Sequence record: NC_019405.1
Reading direction: 5' to 3' (one strand)
DNA length: 64,000 bases
Shown here: piece after piece, positions 62,701-64,000 of the stretch
Layout: each line of letters starts with the position of its first letter
Position numbering within the stretch: the stretch's first letter is position 1
Made by a program: the position numbers and the translations under genes
Notes under the pieces: model-generated
Told to the model about the DNA's origin: nothing
The model's database searches: none
What the model saw: the letters and a program-made list of their open reading frames with translations, nothing else

Positions 62701-64000
62701 GGCGAACTTCAAGAAGGACCTGGAGCCGCTCAACTTCAACGACCTCTTCAAGCGCGCCTCCGCCCTGGCCGATGGCAGCTTCGCACGCACCGCCGCCGCA
62801 TCCAAGCCGGGCGGCGTGATGGCGCCGCCGGCCGTGGCGACCCAGCAAACCGCCGCCGCCGTCAAGGCGACCATCGCCTCGATGGGCGATCGCGTGTACG
62901 CGACGGCCGGACAGCACCTCGGTCAGACCGAAACCAAGGACGCCGCGTCCCTGCAAGCCTACTTCAAGGCCAACGGCGTCACCATCGACCCCAAGAAGCT
63001 CTCCTGGTGCGCGGCCTTCGTCAATGCCGTCCTGGCCCAGAACGGGCTCTCGGGCTCGGGCTCGCTGGCGGCCTCGTCCTTCAAGGACTACGGTGACGAG
63101 GTCTCGCGCACCGACGCCCGCAAGGGCGACATCGTCGTCCTCAAGCCTCAGGCGGCGGGCGCGACCGGTCACGTCGGCTTCCTCGACGGCTTTGACCGCC
63201 ACGGCAACGTGCGCGTCCTGGGCGGCAACCAGGGCGCGGCCGGCGGCGGCGGCGTCAACGTCTCGACCTTCGCCTCCAATCAGGTCGTCTCCTTCCGCCG
63301 CACGGGCAGCGGCGGGGCCTCCAACTTCCTGGGCGGCGGGATCACCGAGGCCCAGGGCGAAGAAGGCGGCTCGCGCTACGAGCGCCGGATGAACGCCTTC
63401 AAGGCGCTCGGGACGATCACCGGCCAAGCCTCGCCGGCCGCCGACGCCCTGGCCGACTACCAAGGCAACCTCGAAAAGCTGCGCGACATCATCGTCTCGG
63501 AAGAGAAGCTGATGAAGGACGTCGGAGGCGACGGCCAGTCGTTCTTCAACAAGACGAACCTGGAAGCCCTGGTCGCCGCCCAGAAGAAGTGGAACCGCTC
63601 GATCGTCGAGGCGCTCAACCCGATCGCCAAGGAAGCCCGGAGCCTCTCCGAGGCCAACGACGTCCTGCAACTGCGCGCCAAGGGCCTGTCGCAGGAAGCC
63701 GACTGGCAAGAGCGCCTGACCGAACTGCGCAACTCCGGCATCAATGTCGACCTGATGCAGGACGAGGCCAAGTGGACCCAGTACCTGAACGAGTTGAAGA
63801 AGCAGGGCCTGGAGATCGACGTCAAGGCCCTGCAACTGAAGCCGGACGAACTGCGCTACCAGCAAGGCCGCGCCGAGGCGCTCCAGGCCGAACTCGACCT
63901 GACCAAGGCGCTGAACGACGCCAAGCTGGCGGGCATCGCCCGCACCGGCTCCAGCTACGACCGCACCCTGTCGGGCCTCGTCGCCGGCAAGGGCCGCGAC
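59759..64000 (+). CDS. Tape measure protein (3' truncated) with internal NlpC/P60-type peptidoglycan hydrolase domain
   Basis: Ala-rich helices; FYGLSQAMAKGKISSEEFNRQIGEQIPG TMP motif; SWCAAFVNAVL...GDIVV...GHVGF...LGGNQ at ~62900-63305 in the same frame. Confidence 0.92.
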   Translation, partial: MDSEALKLKIDSSQARTDLDALAKSLDRASKAAGAMQSNLAKGVDKSNEALSRGAKNIEKFARVTAELSKVKLSGDPAKQLTEFANAVSAVARAREISAAKLNGLSKFVQVGAAISKLRFTGESFSGLHALTQAMDEAGRARAVSAAKLKSFVDYMEVAARASRLRFSSQTSEALKSLASAMDAVARSRVVSPQKLAAFKELFATLATAKGVPNAGAIARDLDTIAGAASRAAKAMAELKGARSGMGSMRASGGAASGGGGIASGASSNVKRFNEEVAKVKGHTDNAAKGVDGLGKGLGLLTGRFNLSYQAGTLFSALFSSFTFGQLVKGIYDTTVSFQKLNKAMLFVTGTYAGAHKATQDFIDISVQLGASVEDNADAYSRFAISSAAAGLKLADVNKIYKSTQLALTAVGANSEQVGYAFYGLSQAMAKGKISSEEFNRQIGEQIPGNAQAGARALSKLTGQQKSVADLFDEMRKGTLQSAPFLKAWADEINRMFAPLLPEAEKRPDFQLNKLKTAFSLWKKEVGQSQFIGALTTQFKKLSDMLIVVEGDHYVLTERGRKLADSFGKGLAQAVNILGNALAWLADNLDKVVAVIKVVGALAIGNEFAKWGRQVAAFADNMLGVKRAIEEVSAAETAASGKRAVTSKAGAVNAVSTVASDRMAMATNRTRNAVMGGTFVANAVAPAVRQSPQFSQLSYLTGNPTSPTRGAPTFGRRQPYTGTMTFDARPTGRAGGMGGLFAAMGSGAATAATGAFTGLRKALNVLPGVALAGAVALAIFGNSITKLNDKAVSYNNIAAGALGTVGDEIGNGMTGLINGIRGLFGAQQKAQGTGDWLVDLSATLIVFGKAIFTLATTLGKILGTLMANVIIPWIELGQKLASGDLKGAAAKSGEVLMGQLGKGNRERWAELGKELGKDWGKALDYAGTRQSIVNGALKSAAGDSAAQQGANAAEKMTEAALAQMKAADQQALAAADLKDATANFKKDLEPLNFNDLFKRASALADGSFARTAAASKPGGVMAPPAVATQQTAAAVKATIASMGDRVYATAGQHLGQTETKDAASLQAYFKANGVTIDPKKLSWCAAFVNAVLAQNGLSGSGSLAASSFKDYGDEVSRTDARKGDIVVLKPQAAGATGHVGFLDGFDRHGNVRVLGGNQGAAGGGGVNVSTFASNQVVSFRRTGSGGASNFLGGGITEAQGEEGGSRYERRMNAFKALGTITGQASPAADALADYQGNLEKLRDIIVSEEKLMKDVGGDGQSFFNKTNLEALVAAQKKWNRSIVEALNPIAKEARSLSEANDVLQLRAKGLSQEADWQERLTELRNSGINVDLMQDEAKWTQYLNELKKQGLEIDVKALQLKPDELRYQQGRAEALQAELDLTKALNDAKLAGIARTGSSYDRTLSGLVAGKGRD

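Overview
Segment of a large, GC-rich Caulobacter-type siphophage genome most similar in organisation to the phiCbK-like prolate jumbo phages. This assignment is inferred from gene order, the portal, capsid and tail-tube proteins, and CtrA/CcrM motifs. The window crosses the genome junction. Order: 3' end of terL; repeat-rich junction DNA; a ~9-10 kb probable long terminal repeat of early genes driven by at least 8 near-identical CtrA-box promoters; ~20 kb of small accessory genes (MazG-like, LapG-like protease, HD, DHH, DEDDh exonuclease, HNH) with the portal embedded; the head module and a 2799-aa Gly-rich/LamG fibre; a ~31-member tRNA array; PhoH; then neck, tail tube, a -1 frameshifted chaperone and the start of the tape measure. 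The most unusual signals are: (1) structurally non-canonical tRNAs (long-variable-arm Lys tRNAs, 8/4-fold Tyr and Ser with 6-bp D-stems, a D-armless Arg, a G3.U70 Gly), gated by promoter/mini-ORF/terminator leaders; (2) three regulatory motif families (CtrA box plus an AAUCCC hairpin, GANTC fused to the -35 box, and a GTCA-N16-TGAC palindrome before structural genes); (3) GGGACC arrays at both probable terminal-repeat boundaries. All folds, counts and family assignments were made by eye, without tools.
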